Shown one piece after another: positions 46,048 to 54,620 of a DNA stretch of 64,000 bases. Origin of the DNA: Candidatus Nealsonbacteria bacterium (GTDB lineage Bacteria; Patescibacteriota; Minisyncoccia; Minisyncoccales; JAGGXC01); assembly GCA_026396195.1 (NCBI GenBank), contig JAPLXH010000006.1, positions 13,784 through 77,783 on the forward strand, written 5' to 3'. The position numbers were made by a program, and so were the translations under genes. The notes beneath the pieces were generated by a model. That model saw nothing but the letters and a program-made list of their open reading frames with translations. It was not told where the DNA came from and did no database searches. The stretch's first letter is position 1; each line of letters opens with the position of its first letter.

Positions 46048-46153
46048 GGACTATTCCAATTTACAATATTGAAAAATCTTGTCAATATCCTTAGGACATC
46101 CTTCAACTACGTTCAGGATAAATTTTCTACTGAACAAATAAAAAACAAAAACT

Positions 46154-47428
46154 TTATTTCTTTTTTAGAAAATCACGGGCTTTAATCTGGGCGATTTTCA
46201 ATTCAAGAACTTTTTTAGAATTATAATCCTGATATTTTTTTCTTTTTAAATAAAACCAATCCTGAATTCTTACAATATAGGACTTAAAAAACCAAACAAT
46301 GCCTAGAGCAATTGATAAGGGCAAAAAGAAAGAATCAAGCAATAAATTATTGGTGATGCCGGTGTTAACATTAGTCGCAGCTCCAGCTGCCGCAGTTTTA
46401 GTAACAACAATGGTGGCGGTTTTTGAATTTGAATTATTAGAGCTCGAAACTAAAGCCGTATTTACCAGTTGATTTTGGCCGGAATTAAATTTATCGGCTC
46501 CGGCCAGAAAAGCGGTAAAAGTAATTGTTTTTTCCTGGCCCGAAGACAAATCCCCGATATTCAAACCCGAAAAAATATTTCCGGAAACTGCTGTCCCGTT
46601 TACTTGCAGGGAATTGTTTTGATAAATCAACTTGTCAGGCAGAGTGTCGGTCACTATTACATTATATAAACTGGAATTTTCTGCCCTGACTCTGATAGAA
46701 AAAGAAATTAATTCTCCAGGGTCAGCATAAATTAAATTCGCAAAAGCTCCTCCGTCAGAAAGGTTCCGAGCTAACTTTTCCGTAAAAATATTTCCCGTAT
46801 TGGCGCCGGAAATGTTTATCCAAACGCTATTCGAAACAGCAGTGCCTCCCGAATTTGAACAAGTAATTGTGTAATATTTGGAAGAAGTAAGGTTGCCGGT
46901 TGACTCGGAACCGGAAGTTGATTTTGAACCTGACCAATCCCCTGAAGCTGTACAGGAATTGGCATTACCCGAAGTCCAACTTAAATTTGCGGATGTATTA
47001 TAGGCAATAGTTACAGGTCCATCGGAATTATTGGCTTTAATATCAACTGTCGGAGCTGAAGGGTTGCAATTGGAAGCTTGAATTTGAAAAGTATCTTCAG
47101 CGGTCTTGCCTTCTCTCTCGGCTCTTACTTTGGCAGTATAGTTCCCCGGCGAAGAATAGTCGCAGAGATTAACAACAGTATAAAAAGCGGCATTGGAATT
47201 GTTTATTTCTAAATCCCAGATTCCGTTATCAGTACAGTCAAACTTATAATTAATATTTCCTTGGGCAGTTCCCGAAACCGTGACCTTTAAATCAACTTCA
47301 TTCAAAGGCGAACAGCCGGAGGCGGGAATCGCTTCCAGGTCCAAAGAAAGAGTCTGACTCTGGGCATTAACCGTTAGAACAAAAGAAAAAAATAAAACTA
47401 AAGAAACAATTAATAAATTTTTTTTCAT
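46154..47428 (-). CDS. secreted surface protein with Ig/PKD-like repeats and a DUF11-type repeat; candidate sortase substrate
   Basis: Signal peptide ...LTVNAQSQ. DUF11-like VTDTLPDKLIYQNNSLQVNG. The C-terminus is ATNVNTG + TM (LPLSIALGIVWFF) + basic tail. Its start is 5 nt after the sortase stop. Confidence 0.75.
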   Translation of the reverse strand: MKKNLLIVSLVLFFSFVLTVNAQSQTLSLDLEAIPASGCSPLNEVDLKVTVSGTAQGNINYKFDCTDNGIWDLEINNSNAAFYTVVNLCDYSSPGNYTAKVRAEREGKTAEDTFQIQASNCNPSAPTVDIKANNSDGPVTIAYNTSANLSWTSGNANSCTASGDWSGSKSTSGSESTGNLTSSKYYTITCSNSGGTAVSNSVWINISGANTGNIFTEKLARNLSDGGAFANLIYADPGELISFSIRVRAENSSLYNVIVTDTLPDKLIYQNNSLQVNGTAVSGNIFSGLNIGDLSSGQEKTITFTAFLAGADKFNSGQNQLVNTALVSSSNNSNSKTATIVVTKTAAAGAATNVNTGITNNLLLDSFFLPLSIALGIVWFFKSYIVRIQDWFYLKRKKYQDYNSKKVLELKIAQIKARDFLKKK

Positions 47429-47433
47429 AATAT

Positions 47434-48159
47434 TTAAAATATTTTTAACTCAGCTTCCACGGCAATTCTTTTTACATCTTTGCCCGGAGGCCAGCAACTC
47501 ACCAATATTAAAACATTTTCTTTCTTTGTCAAATCATCTTCCGGAATTTGCTCTCCCCTGTCCAAAAAAAACTTCCGCTTAACTGAATAAACATATTTTT
47601 GATTTTCGACATAAAGGATGACCTCGTCTCCTTCATTCAGTTCGTTTATCTTGCTAAAAGCCCAGTCGTAGTTTATTTTCGGCCAATTAGCAGGAGAGCT
47701 GTGCCCTAAAATTATAGTTTGTCCGATTTGGCCCGGCAAAGCAGAATCGGTAAAATGAACCGTACCCTTTTCCAAAGCGCCGTACAATTCCTTTTCGTTT
47801 TCGCTATCAATAAAAATAAGGGGAACTAAAACTCCGAATCTGGGAATTTCCAAATTTCCCGGGTTAGCCGGTCTTTTTATTTCTTTTTTTTCTTTTTGAA
47901 TGTTCTCCGCAAAAATTTTATCAAAAAAACCGAACGCCGGAGAAAATTTAATCTGAGGCAGGGACTTAATTAGAATTTGGGAAGTAATTTTATAATTAAA
48001 AGCCCAGGAAATATCGCTCCAGTTAATAACTAGAAAACTGACCAAGAAAATAAAAAGGAAGGGCTTGGACAGCCTTTTTAATTCTTCTTTTGAATTTTTT
48101 ATTTTCTGAAAATTCACAACTAAAAAGTCTTTGAATTTTAAAATCTTATTCTTAATCAT
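47434..48159 (-). CDS. sortase family transpeptidase, N-terminally TM-anchored
   Basis: IILGHSSP (His), LILVSCWPPG (TLxTC-like Cys), KRIAVEAE (Arg). The start is set at ATG 48159 (MIKNKIL) because TTGACT-N17-TATAAT sits directly upstream. Confidence 0.85.
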   Translation of the reverse strand: MIKNKILKFKDFLVVNFQKIKNSKEELKRLSKPFLFIFLVSFLVINWSDISWAFNYKITSQILIKSLPQIKFSPAFGFFDKIFAENIQKEKKEIKRPANPGNLEIPRFGVLVPLIFIDSENEKELYGALEKGTVHFTDSALPGQIGQTIILGHSSPANWPKINYDWAFSKINELNEGDEVILYVENQKYVYSVKRKFFLDRGEQIPEDDLTKKENVLILVSCWPPGKDVKRIAVEAELKIF

Positions 48160-48165
48160 TTTAAT

Positions 48166-48194
48166 ATTATATCGTATTATTTTTAAAAAGTCAA
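48166..48194 (-). promoter_or_regulatory. sortase operon promoter, leaderless configuration
   Basis: The minus strand reads TTGACT (complement of 48189-48194) - 17 nt - TATAAT (complement of 48166-48171) - 6 nt - ATG. Confidence 0.6.
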
Positions 48195-48298
48195 GACAGA
48201 AAAAAGGCATATATACCAAAAAAAATAGCTAAAAACAAACAAGGGTCGGATTACTCTTTAAAAATCAAAATTTGACACCTGCTATTTACGGAAGCTAG

Positions 48299-48377
48299 AG
48301 GGGTTTACAGAAAGCACTTTTAGGGGTTTACAGATACAATTTTAGGGGTTTACAGATGATTTATAAAGGATTATAAT
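48299..48377 (+). promoter_or_regulatory. three direct repeats AGGGGTTTACAGA (periods 23 and 22 bp) overlapping a TTTACA-N17-TATAAT promoter
   Basis: Repeats at 48299-48311, 48322-48334 and 48344-48356. The third supplies the -35 (48349-48354). The -10 is at 48372-48377, and the ATG lies 8 nt later. Confidence 0.6.
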
Positions 48378-48385
48378 TGTTTTAT

Positions 48386-49408
48386 ATGAATAAAATTAGC
48401 AATGAAGTTAGAGAATTTATTCTCAACGAAATTAAAAATCATCCAAATGATATAGCTCCTCTAGTTGCTAAAAAATTTGGATTCTCAAGGCAAAGAGCTC
48501 ATGCATATATTGCCCGAGAAGTAACAGCCGGAAAAATAATTAAAATTGGAGACAATAGGTGGACTCGTTATTTTCTTGCAAAGAGTAATTTTATTGAATT
48601 CAACGAAAAAATAAAACCGTCGCTTAAAGAAGATAGAATATGGTCTGTTTATGTTAAGCCGATGATGTTAGATTATGCCGATAATATAAAAAATATTTGT
48701 GCATATGGCTTTACTGAAATATTTAATAATGCCATTCATCATTCCGAAGGCACAAAAATATATACAAGCATAGAAATCAATAACAATAAGTTAACAATTA
48801 CGATAATTGATGATGGGATAGGTATATTCCAAAAAATTCAAAAAGCATTAAATTTAGAATCAATAAGAGAATCAATACTCCATTTGTCTAAAGGAAAGTT
48901 TACGACCGATCCTGCTGGGCATACTGGCGAGGGGATATTTTTTAGTTCGAGAGTTTTTGATAGCTTTTCTATTTTTTCTAATGATATGTATTACACGTTT
49001 GCAAACTCAGAATGGTTTTTATCATCCGAAAAAAGAGAAAATTTCGGGAAAGGAACATATATTCGAATGCGTCTATCACTTAATTCTATTAAAACATTAA
49101 AAGAAATTATGGACCAATATTCGAATCAAGAAATTGGATTTGGAAAAACAATAGTTGCGGTAGCATTAAGCGCCGACCCCGGAGATCCACATATTTCTCG
49201 TTCTCAAGCAAAGAGACTTTTAGTAGGGCTCGAAAAGTTTAAGCAAATTGTGTTAGATTTTAAGAGCGTGGAATCTGTCGGACAAGCTTTTGTCGATGAA
49301 GTGTTCCGTGTGTTTAAAAATGAACATCCTAATATATCAATTCAATATTTTAATGCTAACGAAAATGTTGAGGCTATGATTAAGAGAGGATTCAGCAATC
49401 TACCATAA
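48386..49408 (+). CDS. wHTH + GHKL ATPase (SpoIIAB/RsbW-like) + C-terminal STAS-like (DUF4325-like) fusion protein
   Basis: N-terminal HTH-like region (VAKKFGFSRQRAHAYIAREV). N-box EIFNNAIHHSEG, G1 IIDDGIGIF, G2 GHTGEGIFF. C-terminal IVLDFKSVESVGQAFVDEVFRVF. The ATG at 48386 is preferred to the track's TTG at 48377. Confidence 0.6.
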   Translation: MNKISNEVREFILNEIKNHPNDIAPLVAKKFGFSRQRAHAYIAREVTAGKIIKIGDNRWTRYFLAKSNFIEFNEKIKPSLKEDRIWSVYVKPMMLDYADNIKNICAYGFTEIFNNAIHHSEGTKIYTSIEINNNKLTITIIDDGIGIFQKIQKALNLESIRESILHLSKGKFTTDPAGHTGEGIFFSSRVFDSFSIFSNDMYYTFANSEWFLSSEKRENFGKGTYIRMRLSLNSIKTLKEIMDQYSNQEIGFGKTIVAVALSADPGDPHISRSQAKRLLVGLEKFKQIVLDFKSVESVGQAFVDEVFRVFKNEHPNISIQYFNANENVEAMIKRGFSNLP

Positions 49409-49499
49409 TAACCATAAAACCTTCATCCCCCTTAAATATAAAGAAAAAGACGCACTAAAGCGTCTTTTTCTAATGAAATTTAGAAGATTTATTAAGAAT

Positions 49500-50063
49500 T
49501 TATTTTTGTTCGCAGTTATCGGTAATGAAAACCGCGGCGGAAATAACCGTTGTCCACAAACCGTCTTTATTGCCCTCGGCTGACTGGCAAATATTGGTTG
49601 TTTTAATAATCTGGCCGCTGGCTTTATAAATCTGTTCTCTTTCGTCCCAAGCCTGATTGGAATCAAAAGAAATACCGAGCGTGGTGGCTAACATGGTAGC
49701 TGCCAAATCCTCGGCATATTCCCCCGCTTTTTCTCCTTTTTCGCCGAAACAATGATGTTCTGAAAGATAGCCGTACTGATTCTCGGCAAAGGGCACCGCC
49801 AAACCAACGGCGGCTGAAACCAAGCGGTTGGGTTCGTTGGTTTCGGTTCTCGCCATTACGCAAAAAACAATTTGGCCGGGCATAAGATATTCTAGACCCT
49901 TTTCCTTGCTTATTAATTTACAGCCCGGAGGAAAAATACTGGAGACATAAACTATATTGCACTTTTCTATGCCGGCATCCCTTAAGGCCAGCTCAAAAGA
50001 AGCCAATTTGTCTTTGTGAACGCCTGCTCCTTTTACGAAAAATACTTTTTGAGGAATTATCAT
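49500..50063 (-). CDS. pdaD: pyruvoyl-dependent arginine decarboxylase
   Basis: [14 protein letters not shown]...[12 protein letters not shown] (the Ser-Ser self-cleavage site context). The ATG at 50063 is chosen because the track start at 50225 overlaps the RRM gene. Confidence 0.8.
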   Translation of the reverse strand: MIIPQKVFFVKGAGVHKDKLASFELALRDAGIEKCNIVYVSSIFPPGCKLISKEKGLEYLMPGQIVFCVMARTETNEPNRLVSAAVGLAVPFAENQYGYLSEHHCFGEKGEKAGEYAEDLAATMLATTLGISFDSNQAWDEREQIYKASGQIIKTTNICQSAEGNKDGLWTTVISAAVFITDNCEQK

Positions 50064-50112
50064 GTTTTTGAAAAACAAAAAAACCCAATTTAAGGGCTTT
50101 TTTGTTTGAGTA

Positions 50113-50451
50113 CTAGAAGCTTTCTTCGGACCCTGAGTTTCGGCCTCTTGAACCGAATCTGTCTCTGAATCCACCGGAAAATTTCTTAAAAGTGTCTCTC
50201 TTCTCCATTGGTCTGGCGATGTCAACGGCTAATTTTCTTCCGTCAACTTCTTTTCCGTTGAACATTTCAATTGCCTTTTTGGCTTCTTCTTCAGAGGCCA
50301 TTTCGACAAAACCAAATCCTTTTGACCTGCCCGAGAACTTATCCATAATGACATTGGCTGAAGTCACGGTGCCGGCTTGAGAAAATAACTCTTTAAGAGC
50401 GTCTTCCTTGGTATCGTATGAAAGACTTCCTACATAAAGTCGATTTTCCAT
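50113..50451 (-). CDS. RRM-type RNA-binding protein with Gly/Arg/Ser tail
   Basis: RNP-2 LYVGSL and RNP-1 KGFGFVEM. Confidence 0.9.
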   Translation of the reverse strand: MENRLYVGSLSYDTKEDALKELFSQAGTVTSANVIMDKFSGRSKGFGFVEMASEEEAKKAIEMFNGKEVDGRKLAVDIARPMEKRDTFKKFSGGFRDRFGSRGRNSGSEESF

Positions 50452-50618
50452 TTTTATGTTTTTTACTGTTTAGTTAGCGACCTACTCCTATCTACTTACT
50501 TATTTTAATTTTTAGTAAGGGTTCGCGAGTACGACATTTCTTAAAAAGAAACGTTCTTTGATGATATACCTAATAAAAATATTTGTCAAGAGTAGCCTTT
50601 ATAAAGGCTACTCGCAGA

Positions 50619-50684
50619 TACTGAGCTTGCCTGCCCTGCTTGTCCTGAGTTTATCGAAGGAAGTTCATCGAAGGGTCGAAGCAT
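50619..50684. repeat. GC-rich palindromic units (ACTGAGCTTGCCTGCCCTGCTTGTCCTGAGTTTATCGAAGGAAGTTCATCGAAGGGTCGAAG)
   Basis: Same unit family. It is preceded by the hairpin AGTAGCCTTTATAAAGGCTACT (50591-50612). Confidence 0.75.
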
Positions 50685-50706
50685 CAAGAGCCGATAATAA
50701 GGCCGA

Positions 50707-51480
50707 TTAAATTTTTAAAATTAAAAACCAGAACAAAAGAGCCAAAATTATGCGGTAAACCCCGAAAGAAATGAAAGTATGTTTTTTTATGAAAAAAAGC
50801 AAAAATTTAACGCTCAGGGCCGCCACAAAAAAAGAGGTAATGAATCCTAAGATTAAAAAATGAAGCTGAGGGAGAGAAAAATTGCTTGCGTTTTTCGATA
50901 AATCAAAAAGGGTGGCAACAAGTATTGTGGGAACAGCCAATAAAAAAGAAAATTCAACAATGGTTTTTCTTTTTAAACCCAAGCCCAATCCCCCGATTAT
51001 GGTAGCTGCCGCCCGGGAAACGCCGGCAATCATGGCGAATGATTGGAAGGTGCCGATTAAAAAAGATTGAAAATAAGAAATCTCGGCAATGCTTTGCTTT
51101 GCCTCTTTTTTTTCTTTGTATAAAAACTCAAAAACAATTAAAAAAATACCGCCCAGAAAAAGCGCCCAAAGAACAACCTTGTCCTGCATTAAAAAATCTT
51201 TAAAGGTTTTATAAAAAACAAATCCTAAAATTCCGGTCGGGATAAAGGCGACAATCACTCTTTTTAAAACTTTTCTTTCCACTAAAAAAGATTTCCAATA
51301 TAAAAAAACTATCGATAAAACCGCTCCCAGCTGAATGGCGATTTCAAAACTTTTCAAAAATTCAGTTTGTTTTAATTCCAAAATCCGGGAAGCCAGAATT
51401 AAATGCCCGGTTGAAGAAATCGGCAGAAATTCAGTGACCCCTTCCACTATTCCCAAAATTATCACGTGAATTAAATTCAT
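50707..51480 (-). CDS. uppP: undecaprenyl-diphosphate phosphatase
   Basis: GIVEGVTEFLPISSTGHL; polytopic; 257 aa. Confidence 0.93.
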   Translation of the reverse strand: MNLIHVIILGIVEGVTEFLPISSTGHLILASRILELKQTEFLKSFEIAIQLGAVLSIVFLYWKSFLVERKVLKRVIVAFIPTGILGFVFYKTFKDFLMQDKVVLWALFLGGIFLIVFEFLYKEKKEAKQSIAEISYFQSFLIGTFQSFAMIAGVSRAAATIIGGLGLGLKRKTIVEFSFLLAVPTILVATLFDLSKNASNFSLPQLHFLILGFITSFFVAALSVKFLLFFIKKHTFISFGVYRIILALLFWFLILKI

Positions 51481-51561
51481 ATTTTGTTGTTCTTATTTTC
51501 GAGCGCTAGCGAAAAATCAAGGTTTTATTATTTTTTAAAAATCGACCGAAAAATCCATTCA

Positions 51562-54096
51562 TTATTCATAGCCGTATTTTTTAATAAACCATTTTTTAAC
51601 CACCTGGACAAACAATAAATAAGTGACAATCATAAAAAATAATAGTAAAAAATATAGGGCAGGCGGGGCTACGAATCCGAATGATTCAGCCAAAGGAGAA
51701 AATGGAATCATTATACCTATTGTCACTATTAAAATAGAACTTAAAAATAATAATCTGCTTGGCTTGCTTTCGATAAAAGGAATTTTTCCGGTACGTATTA
51801 TATGAATAACAAGAGTTTGGGTACATAGAGATTCTATGAACCATCCCGTATGGAATAATTCCGGAAAAGAAAACGCATTAAAAACGAACAGCATAACTCC
51901 CCAAGTAAGAAAATCATAGAGAGAGCTGATGGGTCCGATGATAAACATAAATTTTTTGATATAACCTACGTTCCATGGCCGGGCTCTGTTTATATATTCT
52001 TTATCTACCTCGTCCGTAGGGAGTGCCACCTGAGACATGTCATAAAGAAAATTATTTAAAAGAATTTGTATCGGTAACATCGGTAAAAAAGGCAGAAACA
52101 TACTGCCTCCGGTCATACTTAACATGTTGCCGAAGTTTGAACTTGCGCCCATCTTTACGTATTTAAGAATATTTCCAAAAATCCTTCTCCCCTCTATAAC
52201 GCCCTCCCGAAGCACTGTAAGACTTTTGCGGAGAAGAATTATGTCTGCCGATTCTTTAGCAATATCAACGGCGTTGTTCACCGATATTCCCACGTCAGAA
52301 GCTTTCAGCGCCGGAGCATCATTCATGCCATCTCCCAAATAACCCACTATGTGTTTATTTTCTCGCAAGGCACTTACTATTCTTGCTTTTTGCGACGGAG
52401 ATAAACGGGCAAAGATAGTGGTATTTTCAACCAATCCCTGAATTTCTTTATCGCTTAATCTCTCTATTTGGTCTCCCGTTACCAAGCCCTTAATTTCAAG
52501 TCCGACATCCTTACATATTTTTTTTGTAACCAAATCATTGTCTCCGGTTAAAATTTTAAATTCTATTCCTATTTTTTTTAATTCAAGAATTGTCGGTTTA
52601 ACGCTGGGTTTTGGCGGGTCAAAAAATGCCACATATCCCTTAAGTATTAAATCTGATTCATCTTCTTTTGAAAATATTTCTTTTTTGTTATTTACTTTTT
52701 TATAAGCTATGGCTAAAACTCTAAAACCTTCCGAACTTAAGCTTTCATATTCTTTTTTTAAATTTAAAAAAATCTTATTGTTTGTTTTAAATATTTCACC
52801 GTCCAGTTCGTAGTGAGAACATCTTTTAAATATTTCTTCTGGAGCGCCTTTGGAAATAATCGTGCGCTCGCTGTCTGTCTCCACGACTACGGACATAATT
52901 CTTCTCAAAAAATCAAAAGGCACTTCGTCTATTTTTTTAAATTGCTTTAATAGTATTTTTTCGTGTTTTAAAATCGTTTGGTCTAAAAGATCTTTTAACC
53001 CTGTTTGATAAAAACTGTTAATATAAGCGTACCTTAAGACGTCTTCGCTTTCTTTGCCTGCAACATCGCAATGCTTCTCTAGAACTATTTTGTTCATGGT
53101 CAGGGTGCCGGTTTTATCCGTACAAAGTATATCCATTGCGCCGAAGTTTTGGATGGAACCTAATCGCCTGACAATTACCTCTTTTTTCGACATCGCAATA
53201 GCGCCCTTTGAAAGGTTTATTGTGACCATCATAGGCAACATTTCGGGCATAAGTCCAACGGCAACTCCGATGGAAAAAAGCAACGACTCTATGAAGTCGC
53301 CCCTGCGCAAAGCATTAATGGCGAAAATAAAAAAAACCATAAGTAACGTTGAACGAATCATTAAAAAGGTGAAGCTGCGTATTCCCTTTTCAAAGCCCGT
53401 TTCCGTTTCGATTCCCGCAACTTTTTGAGAAAGTTCGCCAAACTGCGTAGAAGCGCCCGTTTTTAAAACTACTCCCAATGCTCCTCCGCTCACTACGCTG
53501 GACCCCATAAAAGCAATATTATTCAATTCCGACATTGAATCATTTTTCGACGTTATTGGAGTTGAAAATTTTTCTACGGGGAATGATTCCCCTGTTAAGG
53601 AAGCTTGATTAATAAACAAATCTTTGCAAGAAATAATTCTTAAATCTGCAGGAATCATATCGCCGGCAAATAACTCAACTATGTCACCTGGAACCAGTTC
53701 CTGAATTCTAACTTCTTTTGGGTTTCTGTTTCGATAAACAGTGGCAGTTGTTCGGACCATTTCAATAAGCTTTTCTACTTCTTTTCCTGCCCGATGTTCT
53801 TGAAAAAAAGAAAGCAAAACGCTCATTATGGCCATCAAAAAAATTAAAATCGCACTGATTGTTTCTCCTAAAAAAATTGAAATAATTGCAATAACCAAAA
53901 GAGCAATAACAAGAGGGCTCGTAAACTTTAAAAGAATTTGAATGAAAACATTCTTCTTTTTTCTCTTGGCAGGTTCATTAAACCCGTATTTTTTAAGTCT
54001 TTTCCGAGCTTCTTTTTCTGAAAGACCGTTCTCAGAAGTTTTTAACTCCTGAAAAATCTCTTCAATTTTTTTTGTTGTGTATCCAGAAAAATTCAT
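51562..54096 (-). CDS. mgtA: Mg2+-importing P-type ATPase (MgtA type)
   Basis: DKTGTLT, TGDN, GDGMNDAPAL, and the MgtA-typical LPMLPIQILLNNFLYDMSQVALPTDEVD. Confidence 0.88.
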   Translation of the reverse strand: MNFSGYTTKKIEEIFQELKTSENGLSEKEARKRLKKYGFNEPAKRKKKNVFIQILLKFTSPLVIALLVIAIISIFLGETISAILIFLMAIMSVLLSFFQEHRAGKEVEKLIEMVRTTATVYRNRNPKEVRIQELVPGDIVELFAGDMIPADLRIISCKDLFINQASLTGESFPVEKFSTPITSKNDSMSELNNIAFMGSSVVSGGALGVVLKTGASTQFGELSQKVAGIETETGFEKGIRSFTFLMIRSTLLMVFFIFAINALRRGDFIESLLFSIGVAVGLMPEMLPMMVTINLSKGAIAMSKKEVIVRRLGSIQNFGAMDILCTDKTGTLTMNKIVLEKHCDVAGKESEDVLRYAYINSFYQTGLKDLLDQTILKHEKILLKQFKKIDEVPFDFLRRIMSVVVETDSERTIISKGAPEEIFKRCSHYELDGEIFKTNNKIFLNLKKEYESLSSEGFRVLAIAYKKVNNKKEIFSKEDESDLILKGYVAFFDPPKPSVKPTILELKKIGIEFKILTGDNDLVTKKICKDVGLEIKGLVTGDQIERLSDKEIQGLVENTTIFARLSPSQKARIVSALRENKHIVGYLGDGMNDAPALKASDVGISVNNAVDIAKESADIILLRKSLTVLREGVIEGRRIFGNILKYVKMGASSNFGNMLSMTGGSMFLPFLPMLPIQILLNNFLYDMSQVALPTDEVDKEYINRARPWNVGYIKKFMFIIGPISSLYDFLTWGVMLFVFNAFSFPELFHTGWFIESLCTQTLVIHIIRTGKIPFIESKPSRLLFLSSILIVTIGIMIPFSPLAESFGFVAPPALYFLLLFFMIVTYLLFVQVVKKWFIKKYGYE

Positions 54097-54107
54097 ATAA
54101 TTATTTT

Positions 54108-54276
54108 ATTCTACCACTTCGATAAACTCAGTGTAAACAAAAAACCCTGCCTACCGGCAGGCAGGCGCCTGATTGGCGATTTTTATATTGGCTTGCCCTG
54201 AGGAGCGTAGCGACGAATGGGTGGCTTGCCGAAATATACCTGCCCTGAATTTATTGAAGGGTTAGAACCTGTTTTT
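54108..54276. repeat. composite intergenic block A (promoter TAGAAT + palindromic units + 54-bp 3' sub-repeat)
   Basis: ATTCTACCACTTCGATAAACTCAGTGTAAACAAAAAACC ... GGCTTGCCGAAATATACCTGCCCTGAATTTATTGAAGGGTTAGAACCTGTTTTT. It is paralogous to block B. Confidence 0.8.
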
Positions 54277-54287
54277 GGTAAAGAATT

Positions 54288-54461
54288 TTATAAAATCAAA
54301 ACTAAGAATGATAAAATTAAAATAATAATTCCTATTAGTCCGAAATCATTCTGTCTGGGGTATGGCAGTGTAAATACTCCAGGAATCCGACTTCTAGTAG
54401 CAAGAGTAAACAACGAACCAATAAAGAAGAGAGCAAAAAATAAAATCATTCTTATATTCAT
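54288..54461 (-). CDS. small two-TM membrane protein (57 aa)
   Basis: MNIRMILFFALFFIGSLFTL...LIGIIILILSFLVLIL. TAGAAT lies 8 nt upstream of the ATG. Confidence 0.5.
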   Translation of the reverse strand: MNIRMILFFALFFIGSLFTLATRSRIPGVFTLPYPRQNDFGLIGIIILILSFLVLIL

Positions 54462-54469
54462 ATTATTTA

Positions 54470-54620
54470 ATTCTACCACTTCGACCCTTCGACGCAACTC
54501 AGGGCAGGTAAACTCAGTGTAAACACTTCGACGAGCTCAGTGTAAACAAAAAACCACTCTATTGGTGGCTTACGGAAATATGCCTGCCCTGAACTTATTG
54601 AAGGGTTAGAACCTGTTTTT
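54470..54620. repeat. composite intergenic block B
   Basis: ATTCTACCACTTCGACCCTTCGACGCAACTCAGGG...CTTCGACGAGCTCAGTGTAAACAAAAAACC...GGCTTACGGAAATATGCCTGCCCTGAACTTATTGAAGGGTTAGAACCTGTTTTT. Confidence 0.8.

Noticed and set aside
48299-48356. Triple repeat considered as a mini-CRISPR array.
   Set aside because: The repeats are 13 bp with 9-10-bp spacers. That is far too short for CRISPR, and no cas genes are present. The geometry fits a protein-binding operator.
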